From NCBI GenBank assembly GCA_003152415.1, contig PMAD01000209.1:34179-97268 (forward strand): a stretch of 63,090 nucleotides of DNA. The letters run 5' to 3'. A model generated the notes under the pieces. The model did not search any database. It saw only the letters and a program-made list of their open reading frames with translations, and was not told where the DNA came from. This document shows, piece by piece, positions 37,777 through 46,348 of the stretch. Every line of letters starts with the position of its first letter. The stretch's first letter is position 1. A program made the translations under genes and the position numbers. Source of the stretch: Acidobacterium sp. (lineage in GTDB: Bacteria > Acidobacteriota > Terriglobia > Terriglobales > Acidobacteriaceae).

Positions 37777-38327
37777 CCCTCGCCTTCCCGCACTCCTGGG
37801 AGGCCGAGATCCTGCCGAAGAGGCCGCTCATCAAGCCTCTGCGCAGCTTCACCTATCCGCGCGAGGCGGAGGAAGTGGAGCGAGGCGCACTCGAAGTCAT
37901 GGTCCGCCCCGCGGGCAAGGGCGGGAAGTTCCTCGCCACTTTTGCCCTTGGATTTGACGATCCGGCCGCGCCCACGGGACTCTGGAGCTGCCCCAATGTT
38001 GACGACCTGTGCGCCGTCTCCGGCGGCTACGGATACATCGTCAACACACTCGACCCCGTCCAGTTCGCTCACGTCCGCCCGGTTCTGGAAGTTTGGCCGG
38101 TCACGAAACACAACCTGCTGCTCTTCGTCGGCCACTACACCCTGGTGGCCTGGGGCGCCAACGGTGCAGAGTGGCAAAGCCCGCGCCTTTCCTCAGAAGG
38201 TCTGCGCATTATCGAGACTCGTGGCAACGAACTGCACGGCTTCGGCTGGGACTTGCAATCGGACCGCGAACTCCCCTTCACCATCGACCTGCACACGGGG
38301 CAGCGCACCGATCCTCATTCCGGCTGA
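37773..38327 (+). CDS. Hypothetical protein (184 aa)
   Basis: GTGA overlap with the phosphatase gene. Coding-like composition. No family recognised. Confidence 0.45.
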   Translation: MTLAFPHSWEAEILPKRPLIKPLRSFTYPREAEEVERGALEVMVRPAGKGGKFLATFALGFDDPAAPTGLWSCPNVDDLCAVSGGYGYIVNTLDPVQFAHVRPVLEVWPVTKHNLLLFVGHYTLVAWGANGAEWQSPRLSSEGLRIIETRGNELHGFGWDLQSDRELPFTIDLHTGQRTDPHSG

Positions 38328-38881
38328 GGCCGGTAGAAGCTCAAGGCCGCATCGCCCTGTTTCAAAACCCGATACCGAATCAGCCGTCCGTACAACTTGT
38401 CCAGCTCCCGCCGCTTCTCGTGTTCGGCCACCACCATGGCGTCCGGCGCCAACACTCCGCTGAACTCCCCTCCCAGCAGATTGAGCGCCACCGCATATTC
38501 GTCGACCCAAGCGTACGGCGGATCGAGAAAGAAAAGATCCCCCTGGCGTCCCGCCTCCGCCAGTCGCCGCAGCCCGGCACTTACGCTGCGTGGCTCCAGC
38601 GCATAATTTCCTTGGATGCCCAGCGCCCCGAGGTTGCTGCGAATGACACGCAACGCAGCCTCCGCCTGTTCGACAAAAATCGCCTCGCGTGCTCCTCGGC
38701 TCAGCGCCTCAATGCCCACTGCGCCCGATCCGGCATAAAGATCCAGGAAGACGGCCCCCTCGATCCGTGGCGCCAGCACGTTGAACAGCGTCTCCCGCAG
38801 CCGATCGCTGGTCGGTCGTGTGTCCGTTCCCCGCGGCGCGTGTAAAACCCGCGACCGGTACTTGCCGGCAATCACCCGCAT
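38315..38881 (-). CDS. rsmD: 16S rRNA (guanine966-N2)-methyltransferase
   Basis: MRVIAGKYRSRVLHAPRGTDTRPTSDRLRETLFNVL...LDLYAGSGAVGIEALSRGA...DPPY. Confidence 0.85.
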   Translation of the reverse strand: MRVIAGKYRSRVLHAPRGTDTRPTSDRLRETLFNVLAPRIEGAVFLDLYAGSGAVGIEALSRGAREAIFVEQAEAALRVIRSNLGALGIQGNYALEPRSVSAGLRRLAEAGRQGDLFFLDPPYAWVDEYAVALNLLGGEFSGVLAPDAMVVAEHEKRRELDKLYGRLIRYRVLKQGDAALSFYRPQPE

Positions 38882-38938
38882 CTCTTCCCCCCTGGCAAAA
38901 TCCGCCGACCCTCTACAATAACGGCAAGGGACATCGAG

Positions 38939-40084
38939 ATGCGCGCCTGGTCACTACCGCTCGGACGCTGGTTTGGTGTACACCTGCGCATCCACTATTT
39001 CTTTCTCCTCCTGCTTCTCTTCTGTTTGCTCTCAACGAATTTTTCCGGCATCTCCGCCTGGCGTGGCATCTTTTTGTGGTTCCTGCTGTTCGGCGCGGTG
39101 CTCGGACGCGAAGCCGCCCGCGCCATGACCGCGGCCTGGCACGGGCTCGCCGTGCGCAGCATCCTTTTGCTTCCCATCGGCGGCCTCTTCTCCTATTCCA
39201 GCCCGGATATGGCGGAGCGCGCCGTAGAGGGATCGACGCAATGGGCTTTGACTCTTGCCGGCCCCATCTCCAATCTCACGTTCGCCGCCCTGGTCGCCGC
39301 GCTCATTGAAGGCGCCACCTCCCAGGTCCCCATCGTCACCCTGCCCCTGGTCACGGCCGCGCATCTGATGCGCTCCATCGTGTGGCTCAACGTGGCCCTC
39401 GCGCTCATCAATTTCATTCCCGCCTACCCGCTCGACGCCGGCCGCTTGGTGCGCAGCGGAATCTCGCGCACCCGGGGCGTGGCCCAGGCCACCCGCGCCG
39501 CCTCCGGCCTCGGCCAGATGCTGGGCATCGGCGCCGTCGTCGCCGGCCTCGCGCTGCTGGCCATTCCTAACACACATCTCGCGGCCGCCGTCAGCCCCTG
39601 GCTCATCATGGGCGGATTCTTCGTCTTCATCGGCGCGCAGCTTGAAGACCAGGGCGTGCTCTTCCAGTCGGTCGTCGAAACCGTGCGCATGCGCGACGTC
39701 ATGCTCACCGACTTCGACACGCTTTCCCCCTCTGACACGCTCTCCGACGCCCTCTACAAAGCCATCCACAGCCTCCAGGATGACTTCCCCGTGGTCCGCG
39801 GCGCGGCGCTCGTCGGCGTCGTCTCCCGCCAGGGCATCATTCAGGCACTGCGCCACGGCGGCAACGGCTACATCCAGGCCATCATGTCGCGCGCCTTCCA
39901 GGTCGCGCAGCCCGACGACTCCCTCGGCGCGCTGATTCGCCGCATCGGCAGCGGTCGCCTCTCGCTGATTCCCGTCGCCGAAAGCGGCCGCATCGTCGGC
40001 ATCGTCACCTGGCAGAACCTGAGCAGCAGCATGGGCCTGCTCGCCGAGTATCGCCGCATCGAGCGCGCCGACAACGAACAGTGA
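38939..40084 (+). CDS. M50 site-2-protease homologue with C-terminal CBS pair; HExxH replaced by RExxR
   Basis: M50B architecture (RIHYFFLLL..., NFIPAYPLDAGRLV motif, two CBS domains). The position of HExxH reads R57-E-A-A-R61. Confidence 0.75.
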   Translation: MRAWSLPLGRWFGVHLRIHYFFLLLLLFCLLSTNFSGISAWRGIFLWFLLFGAVLGREAARAMTAAWHGLAVRSILLLPIGGLFSYSSPDMAERAVEGSTQWALTLAGPISNLTFAALVAALIEGATSQVPIVTLPLVTAAHLMRSIVWLNVALALINFIPAYPLDAGRLVRSGISRTRGVAQATRAASGLGQMLGIGAVVAGLALLAIPNTHLAAAVSPWLIMGGFFVFIGAQLEDQGVLFQSVVETVRMRDVMLTDFDTLSPSDTLSDALYKAIHSLQDDFPVVRGAALVGVVSRQGIIQALRHGGNGYIQAIMSRAFQVAQPDDSLGALIRRIGSGRLSLIPVAESGRIVGIVTWQNLSSSMGLLAEYRRIERADNEQ

Positions 40085-40953
40085 CTGACGAACCTCTCGC
40101 CCCCGGCCTCTACATCGTCGCTACGCCCATCGGAAACCTCGAAGACATCACCCTGCGTGCGCTGCGCGTCCTGCGCTCCGCCGATCGCGTTGCCTGCGAG
40201 GACACCCGCCAGACCCGCAAGCTGCTCGACCGCTACGGCATCGCCACACCCACCATCAGCAGCCACGAGCACAACGAGGCGGAACGCAGCCGCCAGCTCA
40301 TAGAAGAGCTGAAGAACGGCGCGCGCATCGCCGTCGTTTCCGATGCCGGAACCCCCGGCATCTCCGATCCCGGCATGGTCCTCGCCGCCGCCGCCATTGC
40401 AGCCGGAATTCCCGTCTATCCGATCCCTGGCGCCAGCGCCGTTCTCGCCGCGCTCGTCGCTTCAGGGCTCAGCACCGAGCAGTTTTCCTTCGTCGGATTC
40501 CTGCCCCCAAAGGCCGGAGCCCGCCGTACCGCGCTCGAGGACCTGGCCACTGGACTGTCGCGGCCGTCGACGCTCGTCTTCTACGAAGCGCCGCATCGGA
40601 TCGCCGATACCCTGGCTGACGTCGAAGGGGTTTGGGGTGCGGACTGCCGGGTCGCCCTCGCGCGCGAGTTGACCAAGTTCCACGAAGAATTCCTGCGCGG
40701 CGCAGTTCACGACGTCCGGAACCAGTTGGCCGCACGGGAAACCATCCGCGGCGAGATGGTGCTGCTCATCGACGCCCATCCGCTCGCAAGCGGCTCAGCG
40801 GCCACAACCAGCGTGCAGGACCGTCTCGCGGAACTGGAAAAATCAGAAGGCCTGGCCGAGAAAGACGCGCTCAAGCGTATCGCCCGCGAGCGGGGAGTCT
40901 CAAAGAGCGAGCTCTGGCGTGAGCTGCAGCGCGAACGCGCGCGATCAAAATGA
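40081..40953 (+). CDS. rsmI: 16S rRNA (cytidine1402-2'-O)-methyltransferase
   Basis: GTGA overlap with the previous gene. LYIVATPIGNLEDITLRALRVLRSADRVACEDTR...DAGTPGISDPG. Confidence 0.9.
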   Translation: MTDEPLAPGLYIVATPIGNLEDITLRALRVLRSADRVACEDTRQTRKLLDRYGIATPTISSHEHNEAERSRQLIEELKNGARIAVVSDAGTPGISDPGMVLAAAAIAAGIPVYPIPGASAVLAALVASGLSTEQFSFVGFLPPKAGARRTALEDLATGLSRPSTLVFYEAPHRIADTLADVEGVWGADCRVALARELTKFHEEFLRGAVHDVRNQLAARETIRGEMVLLIDAHPLASGSAATTSVQDRLAELEKSEGLAEKDALKRIARERGVSKSELWRELQRERARSK

Positions 40954-40965
40954 ACTCGTCGCGAG

Positions 40966-41658
40966 CTACGCCCCCGGCACTGTCACACCCGAACGCCGCA
41001 CCCACTGCCCGTCGTGCTTCTCGAGATACACCCAGCTCCCCGTGGAGCACAGATGCGCGCACCAGTCATTCATGTAGACCAGTGCCGCCTGATGCTTGCT
41101 GTCGAAGTACACTTCGCTGAAGAACGTCACACCGGCATAGCCCGCCCACTGCGACTGCGTCTCCGAACTCACCTGCGCCGCCGTCCTGGAAGCGCGCAAC
41201 GCTGCCACTTCATCCGGACGCAGCAGCGAAAATGCGTGGCTCAGCTGAAACGGATCCTTCGTCAGCTGCACGCGCACGTTCCTGTTCGCCGCGTAATCCT
41301 CGACCGCCTCCTGAAATCCGCGCGGATTCTCCGGCGGCGGCTTCAGCTCACCCTGCGGAGGAACCGCCGGATTGCGATCCCTTTCATTCACGGTGATCGC
41401 GGCAATCGCCCACCGCGCGTTCAGCTCCGGAGCCATGCTCGCGAATTCCTCCCCCGGCATGAGCCTCGAATAGATCGCATACGAGTCGTCTGCCCGATCT
41501 TCCGGCATCGGGATCGCGCCCTGGTCGGAATAGCGTGTTGACGGCGCCGGTGCCCTGCGGTTGTTCGCCGTCTGCGGCAGCGCGATCAGGGCGAATATCC
41601 AGCAGGCAGACAACACCCCAAAACCGAAAAACGGCAGGCAGTGCAAGCGAAATCGCAT
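40966..41658 (-). CDS. Hypothetical secreted/membrane-anchored protein
   Basis: N-terminal hydrophobic helix. No family recognised. Confidence 0.5.
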   Translation of the reverse strand: MRFRLHCLPFFGFGVLSACWIFALIALPQTANNRRAPAPSTRYSDQGAIPMPEDRADDSYAIYSRLMPGEEFASMAPELNARWAIAAITVNERDRNPAVPPQGELKPPPENPRGFQEAVEDYAANRNVRVQLTKDPFQLSHAFSLLRPDEVAALRASRTAAQVSSETQSQWAGYAGVTFFSEVYFDSKHQAALVYMNDWCAHLCSTGSWVYLEKHDGQWVRRSGVTVPGA

Positions 41659-41707
41659 GCTTGCATAGACGCTTTCTGAAGCGAATGCGTTCCCTTTTTT
41701 CTGCGAA

Positions 41708-42163
41708 TTAGCTTCCTTGCGGACGATCCCACGCTGGCACAGGACGCTCGCTCTCCGGCAGATCGCGTCCCTTCACCCGGTCGTATAGGTACGTGTCGCT
41801 CGTCGTGCCCAGCGCCTCGTTGTAGAGCGTCGCCGATCCAGTCACGTCCTTCAGTTCCTCTTCAAACCGATGCAGCGTCTGCAGACGATCCGCAGTCGCC
41901 GGAAACTCCGCTTTGCTGGTCCGAAAGAACTTCTGAAATCCGCGATCGACCAGCTGCGCAATCTCACCGCCGATCACCACCCCCGGCCGCACCGCCGCGC
42001 GCAAACCAGCCTCGTTCTGTACCTTTTCGAGCACTATCGCGCAGCCATACTTGCCGATCCGCCGCTGGTTTGCGACCCCCGCAACATCCTGAACATCGAA
42101 TTGAAGACGGCGCAGTTCGCTGAGAATTTCGTCCCACGTGCGTTGGCGCGGCTGTTTGAGCAT
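41708..42163 (-). CDS. Hypothetical protein (151 aa)
   Basis: Only the 3' third of the 438-aa ORF (41708..43024) lies outside cysM. The ATG at 42163 gives MLKQPRQRTWDEILSELRRLQFDV... with normal composition. Confidence 0.45.
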   Translation of the reverse strand: MLKQPRQRTWDEILSELRRLQFDVQDVAGVANQRRIGKYGCAIVLEKVQNEAGLRAAVRPGVVIGGEIAQLVDRGFQKFFRTSKAEFPATADRLQTLHRFEEELKDVTGSATLYNEALGTTSDTYLYDRVKGRDLPESERPVPAWDRPQGS

Positions 42164-42292
42164 GGTGGTTGGTTCCCCGGAAATCGGGCCACCCGCTACA
42201 CTGAACAGTAGCTGCAGCCCTTGTTGCAAGGGTCGCACAACCACGCACCGGGCTGCAATTTGCCGCTGGTTCCGTTGGTAACGGATTGAAAT

Positions 42293-43249
42293 TTGCGCAT
42301 GGCTGCACAGGCCGTAACCAAACCCGCCTTGCCCGGAGCCGTTCTCGGCGACCGGCTTCTCGATCGCATCGGCAATACGCCCCTCGTGCGCCTGGAGCGC
42401 CTCACGGCTGACCTGCCCGGCATTCAAATCCTCGGCAAAGCGGAATGGACCAATCCCGGCGGCTCCGTGAAGGACCGCGCCGCCGCCGCCATCGTCCTCG
42501 ACGCCTTGAAGCGCGAGCAGCTTTGCCCCGGCATCAGTCTCCTCGACGCGACCAGTGGCAATACCGGGATCGCCTACGCCATGCTCGGCGCGGCTCTCGC
42601 CTTTCCCGTCACGCTGTGCATGCCCTCGAATGTCTCTCCCGAGCGCAAGCGCATTCTCAACGCGTATGGAGCCGAAGTTGTGTGGACCGATCCCGCCGAA
42701 AGCTCCGACGGCGCCATCCGCAAAGCCCGCGAGCTCGCTGCCGATCCGCAATATTTCTACGCCGACCAGTACAGCAATCCGGCCAACTGGCGCGCCCACT
42801 ATACCGGCACCGCCAACGAGGTCCTCGAACAGACCGGCGGCCGCATCACACACTTCGTCGCCGGCCTCGGCACCACCGGCACCTTTATGGGCGTCACCCG
42901 CCGCCTGAAAGAAGTGAACCCAAAGATCGAGTGCATCTCCATGCAGCCCGACTCGCCCTTCCACGGCCTCGAAGGCCTGAAGCACATGGCCACGGCCATT
43001 GTTCCGGCCATTTACGATTCCCATCTCGCCGATCGCAACCTCGAAGTCGAAACCGAAGCCGCCTACGCCATGGCTAAGCGTCTCGCGCGCACCGAGGGCT
43101 TGCTCGTCGGCATCTCCGCGGCCGCCGCTGCCGCCGCATCGCTGCGCATCGCGGAAGAACAGGCCGCGCTGGGAAAAGAAGCCGTCATTGTTACCATCTT
43201 GCCCGATGCCGCCGACAAGTACCTCAGCGAGCGGTTCTGGGAGGAGTGA
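42293..43249 (+). CDS. cysM: PLP-dependent cysteine synthase, CysM-like (thiocarboxylate-dependent type suggested by context)
   Basis: NPGGSVKDRAA (PLP lysine), SGNTG, GTGGT-like loop (GLGTTGTFMG). Confidence 0.85.
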   Translation: MRMAAQAVTKPALPGAVLGDRLLDRIGNTPLVRLERLTADLPGIQILGKAEWTNPGGSVKDRAAAAIVLDALKREQLCPGISLLDATSGNTGIAYAMLGAALAFPVTLCMPSNVSPERKRILNAYGAEVVWTDPAESSDGAIRKARELAADPQYFYADQYSNPANWRAHYTGTANEVLEQTGGRITHFVAGLGTTGTFMGVTRRLKEVNPKIECISMQPDSPFHGLEGLKHMATAIVPAIYDSHLADRNLEVETEAAYAMAKRLARTEGLLVGISAAAAAAASLRIAEEQAALGKEAVIVTILPDAADKYLSERFWEE

Positions 43250-43250
43250 C

Positions 43251-43751
43251 GTGCTCCGCCTGAGTCTGCAGCTTTACGACGCAATCCGCGAGCATGGCGA
43301 GCAAACCTACCCCCATGAGTGCTGCGGCGTGCTCCTCGGCCGCTTCACCTCGGAAAGCGGCCACTCCGTGAACGAAGTCGAGGACGCTGTCCGCGCCGGC
43401 AACACCCGCACCGACTCCGCGCACAACCGCTACCACATCGCTCCTCATGAGCTGGTGAAGATCCAGCGCACCGGCCGCGAGCGCGGCATCGACATCGTCG
43501 GCTTCTACCACTCGCATCCCGACCATCCCGCCCAGTGGTCGCCCACCGACTTCGCCGAAGCCCACTGGATAGGCTGCAGCTATGTCATCACCGCCCTCGA
43601 AAAAGGCGCGGCCCGCCAGACCAATTCTTTTCTGCTCACGGGAACCACCGACGACGACAAGGCCTTTCAGAACGAGCCCATCGACGTCACCGGCCAGCTC
43701 GATCCCGGCCTCGAACCCGAACCGGACGACCGCCGGCAAGACAGAGCCTGA
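43251..43751 (+). CDS. JAMM/MPN+ metalloprotease (Mec+/Mov34 family)
   Basis: GTG start 2 nt after the cysM stop. ECCGVLLG plus HSHPDHPAQWSPTD (HxHx7Sx2D JAMM motif). Confidence 0.85.
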   Translation: MLRLSLQLYDAIREHGEQTYPHECCGVLLGRFTSESGHSVNEVEDAVRAGNTRTDSAHNRYHIAPHELVKIQRTGRERGIDIVGFYHSHPDHPAQWSPTDFAEAHWIGCSYVITALEKGAARQTNSFLLTGTTDDDKAFQNEPIDVTGQLDPGLEPEPDDRRQDRA

Positions 43752-43914
43752 CCTTTTGCGGCACAATAGAGGGTGAGCATGGTTCACGCATCTCCAGCCT
43801 GCCTGCAATGCGCGCGGTGTACAGCACTCTGTACCGTGGCACGATGTCGCTCGTGCCGCTAGCGCTCTTCGTCCCCTGAACGAACCCCTGCAGCTTGCTT
43901 TGAGGAGCCGTCCC

Positions 43915-44226
43915 ATGACCATCGAGATTCCCACGCCCTTGCGTGTCTATACCGCCAACCAGTCCGCCGTCGCGGTCGACGCGGCCACCATCTCCGAGGC
44001 CGTCTCCGCGCTCCTCACCCGCTACCCCGAGTTTAAGAAGCACCTCTACACCCCCGACGGCAAACTGCGCTCCTTCGTCAACCTTTACCTCAACGACGAA
44101 GACGTCCGCTATCTGCCTCAGCGCGAAGATAGCTCGGTCCGGCCCTCCGACACGCTCTCCATCATCCCCTCCATCGCCGGTGGCTGCTTGCCGCATGGGC
44201 GGGCGCTCCTCGCGCACAAACGATGA
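43915..44226 (+). CDS. MoaD/ThiS/CysO-like ubiquitin-fold sulfur carrier with a 13-aa extension after Gly-Gly
   Basis: SD GAGGAG. About 90-aa beta-grasp-like sequence ending ...SIIPSIAGG, then CLPHGRALLAHKR before the stop. Confidence 0.7.
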   Translation: MTIEIPTPLRVYTANQSAVAVDAATISEAVSALLTRYPEFKKHLYTPDGKLRSFVNLYLNDEDVRYLPQREDSSVRPSDTLSIIPSIAGGCLPHGRALLAHKR

Positions 44227-44891
44227 ACCATTTGGCCGGGATCCGGAGCGCAGCTTGCGCACTCGCGCTGTGCGCCGCGTCTCCTCTCGAAGCGCAGACG
44301 GTGACCCTCGCGAGTCCAGGTACGATGCAGTTCAGCGACCCCCAGTACGGCGTGACCTTCCGCTATCCCGCATTCTGGAAATTCACCACCGTCCCGCAGT
44401 TTTACTCGATTGACGCCCCTCTCACGCAGCCCACGCCGCAAAGTGGCGAGCGATTCTCGGCGCGCGCTATCGTCGTCGCTTCCCGCGAGGTCTGGCCGGA
44501 ACTGAAGGGTCGCACGGACTTCTCCGGAGCCGAGTTCATTTTCAATATTCTTCCCGGCGCGACTCCAGCCGCATGCCTTGAACGCATGCACGCCGCCGTC
44601 AGTTTCGATCAGGTCGATACCCGGCCGATCGACGGCGTGCCGTTCAGCCATACCGAAACAGGGAGCGCCGGGCTGTGCCACCAGGTTTCCGAGTCGCTCT
44701 ATTTCCACCAGGCCCAGGGTTCTTGCTATCTGTTCGATCTCGCCATCCATACCGTCTGCCCACCCGAGGACGAAAAGCACTTTTCAACCCCGGCCGATTT
44801 GCACCCGGTGCAGAACCAGCTCCAGGCCATCCTTGCTACCGTCCGTTTATCTCCTCCCTTGCACCCAGTCCCTCCGCAGCAGCATCCTTAA
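44223..44891 (+). CDS. Hypothetical secreted protein
   Basis: ATGA overlap with the CysO-like gene. Signal peptide MNHLAGIRSAACALALCAASPLEAQ. No family recognised. Confidence 0.5.
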   Translation: MNHLAGIRSAACALALCAASPLEAQTVTLASPGTMQFSDPQYGVTFRYPAFWKFTTVPQFYSIDAPLTQPTPQSGERFSARAIVVASREVWPELKGRTDFSGAEFIFNILPGATPAACLERMHAAVSFDQVDTRPIDGVPFSHTETGSAGLCHQVSESLYFHQAQGSCYLFDLAIHTVCPPEDEKHFSTPADLHPVQNQLQAILATVRLSPPLHPVPPQQHP

Positions 44892-44899
44892 GGAAGACC

Positions 44900-46075
44900 A
44901 TGGCCACCACCACCGAACCCATCACCCTGCCGCAGCTCTCGAACGACGAAATCGCCCGCTATTCGCGGCACCTCATCCTGCCCGAAGTAGGCATGGAAGG
45001 CCAGCAAAAGCTGAAGGCCGCCAAAGTCCTCTGCGTCGGCACCGGCGGACTCGGATCGCCGCTCGCCTTCTACCTCGCCGCGGCTGGCATCGGCACCCTC
45101 GGTCTGGTCGACTTCGACGTCGTCGACGCGAGCAATCTGCAGCGCCAGATCATCCACAGCACGAAAGACGTCGGCCGCCCCAAGATCGACTCCGCCGCCG
45201 AGAAACTCACCGCGCTCAACCCGTTTCTGAACGTCGTCAAACATGAAACCATGCTCACCAGCCAGAATGCGCTGGAGATCATCCGCGACTACGACATCGT
45301 CGCCGACGGCACTGACAATTTCCCCACGCGCTATCTCGTCAACGACGCCTGCGTGCTTACCGGCAAGCCCAACGCCTACGGTTCCATCTTCCGCTTCGAA
45401 GGCCAGGCCAGCGTTTTTGCCACCGAACGGGGCCCCTGCTACCGCTGCCTCTATCCCGAACCTCCACCGCCCGGCCTCGTTCCCTCCTGCGCAGAAGGCG
45501 GCGTGCTGGGCATCCTGCCTGGTCTCGTCGGCATCATCCAGGCCACCGAGGTCATCAAGTTCATCCTCGGCAAAGGCGAGCCGCTCATCGGCCGCCTGCT
45601 TCTGGTCAACGCGCTCGACATGCGCTTCCGCGAGCTCAAGCTGCGCAAGAACCCCGACTGCCCCGTCTGCGGCACGCACCCCACCGTGACCCAGCTGATC
45701 GACTACCAGCAGTTCTGCGGTATCATTCCGGAACAGAAAGCGGCCGCCGTGCAGAATGGTATTCCCCAGATGTCAGTGAAGGAACTGAAGCAGCGCCTCG
45801 ACGACGGCGACGACCTCCTCATTCTCGACGTGCGCGAACCCTTCGAATATCAGATCGCCCAGATCGGCGGGCGTCTCATCCCGCTCAACGATCTGCCGAA
45901 ACGCATGAACGAGCTCAATACCGCCCAGGAAATCGTCGTCCAGTGCAAGTCCGGCGGCCGCAGCCAACGCGCCGCGGAATTCCTGGCGAAGAATGGCTTC
46001 AAAAAGCTGCACAACCTCGCCGGCGGTATCACCGCCTGGTCGAATGAAATCGACCCGAAAGTACCAAAGTACTGA
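44900..46075 (+). CDS. moeZ: MoeZ/MoeB-type E1-like adenylyltransferase with C-terminal rhodanese domain
   Basis: RYSRHLILPEVG...VGTGGLGSP (ThiF fold), CxxC pairs (CYRC, CPVC), rhodanese active site CKSGGRS. Confidence 0.9.
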   Translation: MATTTEPITLPQLSNDEIARYSRHLILPEVGMEGQQKLKAAKVLCVGTGGLGSPLAFYLAAAGIGTLGLVDFDVVDASNLQRQIIHSTKDVGRPKIDSAAEKLTALNPFLNVVKHETMLTSQNALEIIRDYDIVADGTDNFPTRYLVNDACVLTGKPNAYGSIFRFEGQASVFATERGPCYRCLYPEPPPPGLVPSCAEGGVLGILPGLVGIIQATEVIKFILGKGEPLIGRLLLVNALDMRFRELKLRKNPDCPVCGTHPTVTQLIDYQQFCGIIPEQKAAAVQNGIPQMSVKELKQRLDDGDDLLILDVREPFEYQIAQIGGRLIPLNDLPKRMNELNTAQEIVVQCKSGGRSQRAAEFLAKNGFKKLHNLAGGITAWSNEIDPKVPKY

Positions 46076-46082
46076 GACGCAG

Positions 46083-46116
46083 CGCGGGCCTGCCCGCTCG
46101 GACAGGCCCCGCTTTT
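46083..46116 (+). terminator. Rho-independent terminator after moeZ
   Basis: GCGGGCCTG-cccgctcgga-CAGGCCCCGC (9 bp with one bulge) followed by TTTT. Confidence 0.6.
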
Positions 46117-46348
46117 CACCCGTGGACCACTAGTACTTCTTCGGCTTTTCTCCCGGAAATTCAGGCATTTCTGCACCGCTTTTGCGCGTCTGTCAATACA
46201 CTTTTCGTTCGCTGCCCTGTGAATATCGTGGCCTTGGCCTGCCCCTCGGTGCTGCGTATACTCCGGTTGCCTGGCAATGCTGATGGATTTGTGATTCCCC
46301 CCGGGCAAGCTTCTCCGCATCGCCAGCGTAAGCCGTCGGGGACCCCTT

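Noticed and set aside
42164-43024. N-terminal two-thirds of the 438-aa minus-strand ORF 41708..43024.
   Set aside because: This part is antisense to cysM (clear PLP-enzyme motifs) and is Gly/Ala-rich. Only the part downstream of the ATG at 42163 was kept as a gene.
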